Below the pieces are notes generated by a model. It was not told where the DNA came from. It saw only the letters and a program-made list of their open reading frames with translations, and made no database searches. This document shows, in pieces, positions 61,801 through 64,000 of a DNA stretch of 64,000 nucleotides. The stretch's first letter is position 1; every line of letters starts with the position of its first letter. The stretch lies in NCBI GenBank assembly GCA_964016885.1, contig OZ024742.1, positions 216,876,001 to 216,940,000 of the forward strand, written 5' to 3'. This DNA comes from Eledone cirrhosa. Its lineage: Eukaryota. The position numbers were made by a program, and so were the translations under genes.

Positions 61801-62790
61801 ATGTTTAGTTTGTTTGTGATGATAATGTTTTTGAGAATTATGTTAGTCTTGTGTATTATCTTTTGGTTCTGTTTGGAGTTCTGGATCTTAGGGAGAGTGT
61901 CTCGTTCCCCCATGTCAGATTCTTTCATCTTCATCCATTCGATCATAATTTCATCCTTCAAGTTGGCAAGTTCATTCTCATTCATTTATTTATCATTTAC
62001 GATTTCAGAGTTTTCATTTTCAGTTTCATCTTGAGCATGCACTCCTTCCACTTTTTCGATCATTTCTTTAATTTGTACTGCTGTCAGTGATTCCGCCCTG
62101 ACCCTGGGATTTAAAGTGTTACATTTTACTTTGTTTTCACTGAGATACGTTTCATTTTCCCTTCGCTGACTTTGCGCTAATTGCTTGATCTGATCAATTT
62201 CTATATCAGTTAGTAACTTTTTCTTAACAATATTTCTTCGTATATTGGCTAGTTTGTTACTGTCAATATAGCCTCTGTTTTCGGGATCTTTCTTTTTCCA
62301 GTCGATATATGTATGTTCTGTATTCGATCTATTTGATGGGTAGTACATGGCAGTGTAGAAAGCCTCAAGGACTTCTTTATTATCTTCCCTTGACCATTTT
62401 TCTCTCTTTTTCTTTGGATTTCTTGGTGGTGAGCATGAAGGGCCAACAGTAGGAGTATTCTGGTTATGGGAGGTCTCCAGCTCCGAATTGATCGGAAGGT
62501 TTGAACCATTAGCTGATTTTTCAACCCCAGTCTGGTTCCTCTCTGAGGGACGCGGCCCTTTTTGACCCGGGTGACGGCCGATCCGGCATGAGATTTTATC
62601 ATTTGACATAGGCTTTATTTTGTTGCGTGTTATCCTTAACCGCCAAGAGGTAATCATTTCGTGTTACCACTCCTAGGACGAGTATCAACCAAGACTAGAG
62701 GGGTCGTCCTCCCCTAGAAACACGGCTATTCCCCGCCGGCCGCCATCCCGGTATTTCTTGGTCACGTGGATTTTTTGTTTTTTGAATTGT
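58809..62790 (-). mobile_element. Near full-length R4/Dong-clade non-LTR retrotransposon (family A)
   Basis: Single-ORF architecture (N-terminal domain, RT, CCHC, RLE); TAA-type repeats at both ends. Confidence 0.92.
58949..62609 (-). pseudogene. RT/RLE polyprotein, disrupted
   Basis: KREKWSREDN N-terminal motif; WKSPGKD; NYRPITCL; EQKGCK; KKAFDSLPH; FQGDSLS; LFYVDDLKL; GLDKC; YKYLG; CR...ETIDHIISMC; RPDII...LIDMSVP...IPVVVGALG. Confidence 0.93.
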
Positions 62791-62799
62791 TATTATCAT

Positions 62800-62845
62800 G
62801 AGTGGTTCCTTGTGAACCCTGCGTGGTTAAGAAAGAAATTATTAA
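62800..62845 (+). mobile_element. L1/Tx1-type 3' tip
   Basis: tgtgaaccctgcgtggttaagaaagaaattatt resembles 49589-49623. Confidence 0.6.
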
Positions 62846-63093
62846 TATAATATACTTTGGGCCTTTGTTGTTGTTGGCTATGCCGGTGGTGCTGAGGCTT
62901 TTTCCGGGGGGGGGGGGCAGGAGGGGAGTTCTATTGTAGGTGGGGAACTTCAGTGCCATAGTAATTGTTAACGTTCAGATGTTCAAAATTTCATTTTGAC
63001 CGGGACACTTAGTCAGTTTATTTATATCTTTTGTTAGCCTCTCCCTTGTCTAGTGTTACTGCTACCTTCCCCTTTCTTTCTTCTTCTTTCTTC

Positions 63094-63173
<80 letters not shown>

Positions 63174-63175
63174 GT

Positions 63176-63567
63176 TCTTTGAGTCTCAGTCATTGATGTT
63201 ATTTAACTGGAAAGTTTGTTGGAATGAATATCAAGCCACTACCTGCAGCCTCAGATATTCAGGACGTATCGGAGGGTTCTTGCTGTTCCCAGAAAGCATG
63301 CCTTTTGAAGCGTTCCAAAAAGCGTGAAGGGGCCAATTTTCTTTAACCATCCCTGGAAACTTTTTGAGATAGTACCTAGTGCGCCTATGACAATCTGGAC
63401 CACTTTGACCTCATGGCAGTTCCAAGTCCTTTTTACCTCCCACTTTAAGTCCCGGTATCGGTTAATTTTCTCCCTCTCCTTCTCTTGCACTCTTGTGTCG
63501 AATGGGCAGGCCACATCCACAATCAGGCACGATCTTTTTTCCTTGTCCAAAACCACCAGGTCAGGTA
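63176..63567 (-). mobile_element. Dong family B 3' fragment (RLE domain plus 3' UTR); additional 35-bp tip at 63626-63661
   Basis: PDLVVLDKEKRSCLIVDVACPFD...KINRYRDL...IVIGALG; (TTA)n on both sides of both pieces. Confidence 0.92.
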
Positions 63568-63616
<49 letters not shown>

Positions 63617-63661
63617 TGTTATTACTCCTTGAGTCTCAGTCATTGATGTTAGTTAACTGGA

Positions 63662-63707
<46 letters not shown>

Positions 63708-63910
63708 GAGAAGAAGAAGATCACTATTTCTGTGAGAATGATATCCCTCCTTGTGTGGATGTGTGTGTGAGTAGAGCACGATCTCTGTAAGAATGATAAA
63801 GCTGTAAATTATATTCAATGTGGTGTGTTAACTGGCTTACCAATGTATACAGTGAATTTATTTGCCCTAGGTGTCAGAAACAATACTGAAGGAAAAGGAA
63901 AAACAACAAC

Positions 63911-63964
<54 letters not shown>

Positions 63965-63971
63965 CATAATA

Positions 63972-64000
63972 ATGTTTTCTTTATTAACCACAGGGGTTTA
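63972..64000 (-). mobile_element. 3' end of another L1/Tx1-type copy running off the window
   Basis: Reverse complement aaacccctgtggttaataaagaaaacattatt followed by (ATT)n. Confidence 0.7.

Overview
AT-rich, microsatellite-saturated animal (not prokaryotic) genomic DNA, intergenic or large-intron in character. The repeat families look like those of octopus/coleoid cephalopods (inference from recalled SINE motifs, not a database hit). No host protein-coding gene is recognisable. Almost all ORF-track entries are translations of (TA)n, (TG)n, (GA)n, (TTA)n and similar repeats. The window holds decayed non-LTR retrotransposons: (1) an L1/Tx1-type LINE (APE endonuclease, RT, C-terminal zinc finger) at 55.3-58.7 kb, an internally deleted copy at 47.1-49.6 kb, and several 3' fragments; (2) a near full-length R4/Dong-type element (RT, CCHC, restriction-like endonuclease) on the minus strand at 58.8-62.8 kb, plus many 3' fragments embedded in (TAA)n; (3) about 20 copies of a tRNA-derived SINE with a Nin/Deu-like core, several with clear TSDs; (4) Penelope-like (GIY-YIG) fragments with inverted/direct pseudo-LTRs in (TA)n; (5) one Tc1/mariner-type MITE. 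Top leads: orientation-ruled stacks of three retroelement types on (TAA)n tracts, a SINE tail resembling the L1/Tx1 3' end, a nested double-pseudoknot RNA at the Dong 5' end, and recurrent palindromes with duplicated junctions. All alignments and folds were done by eye.
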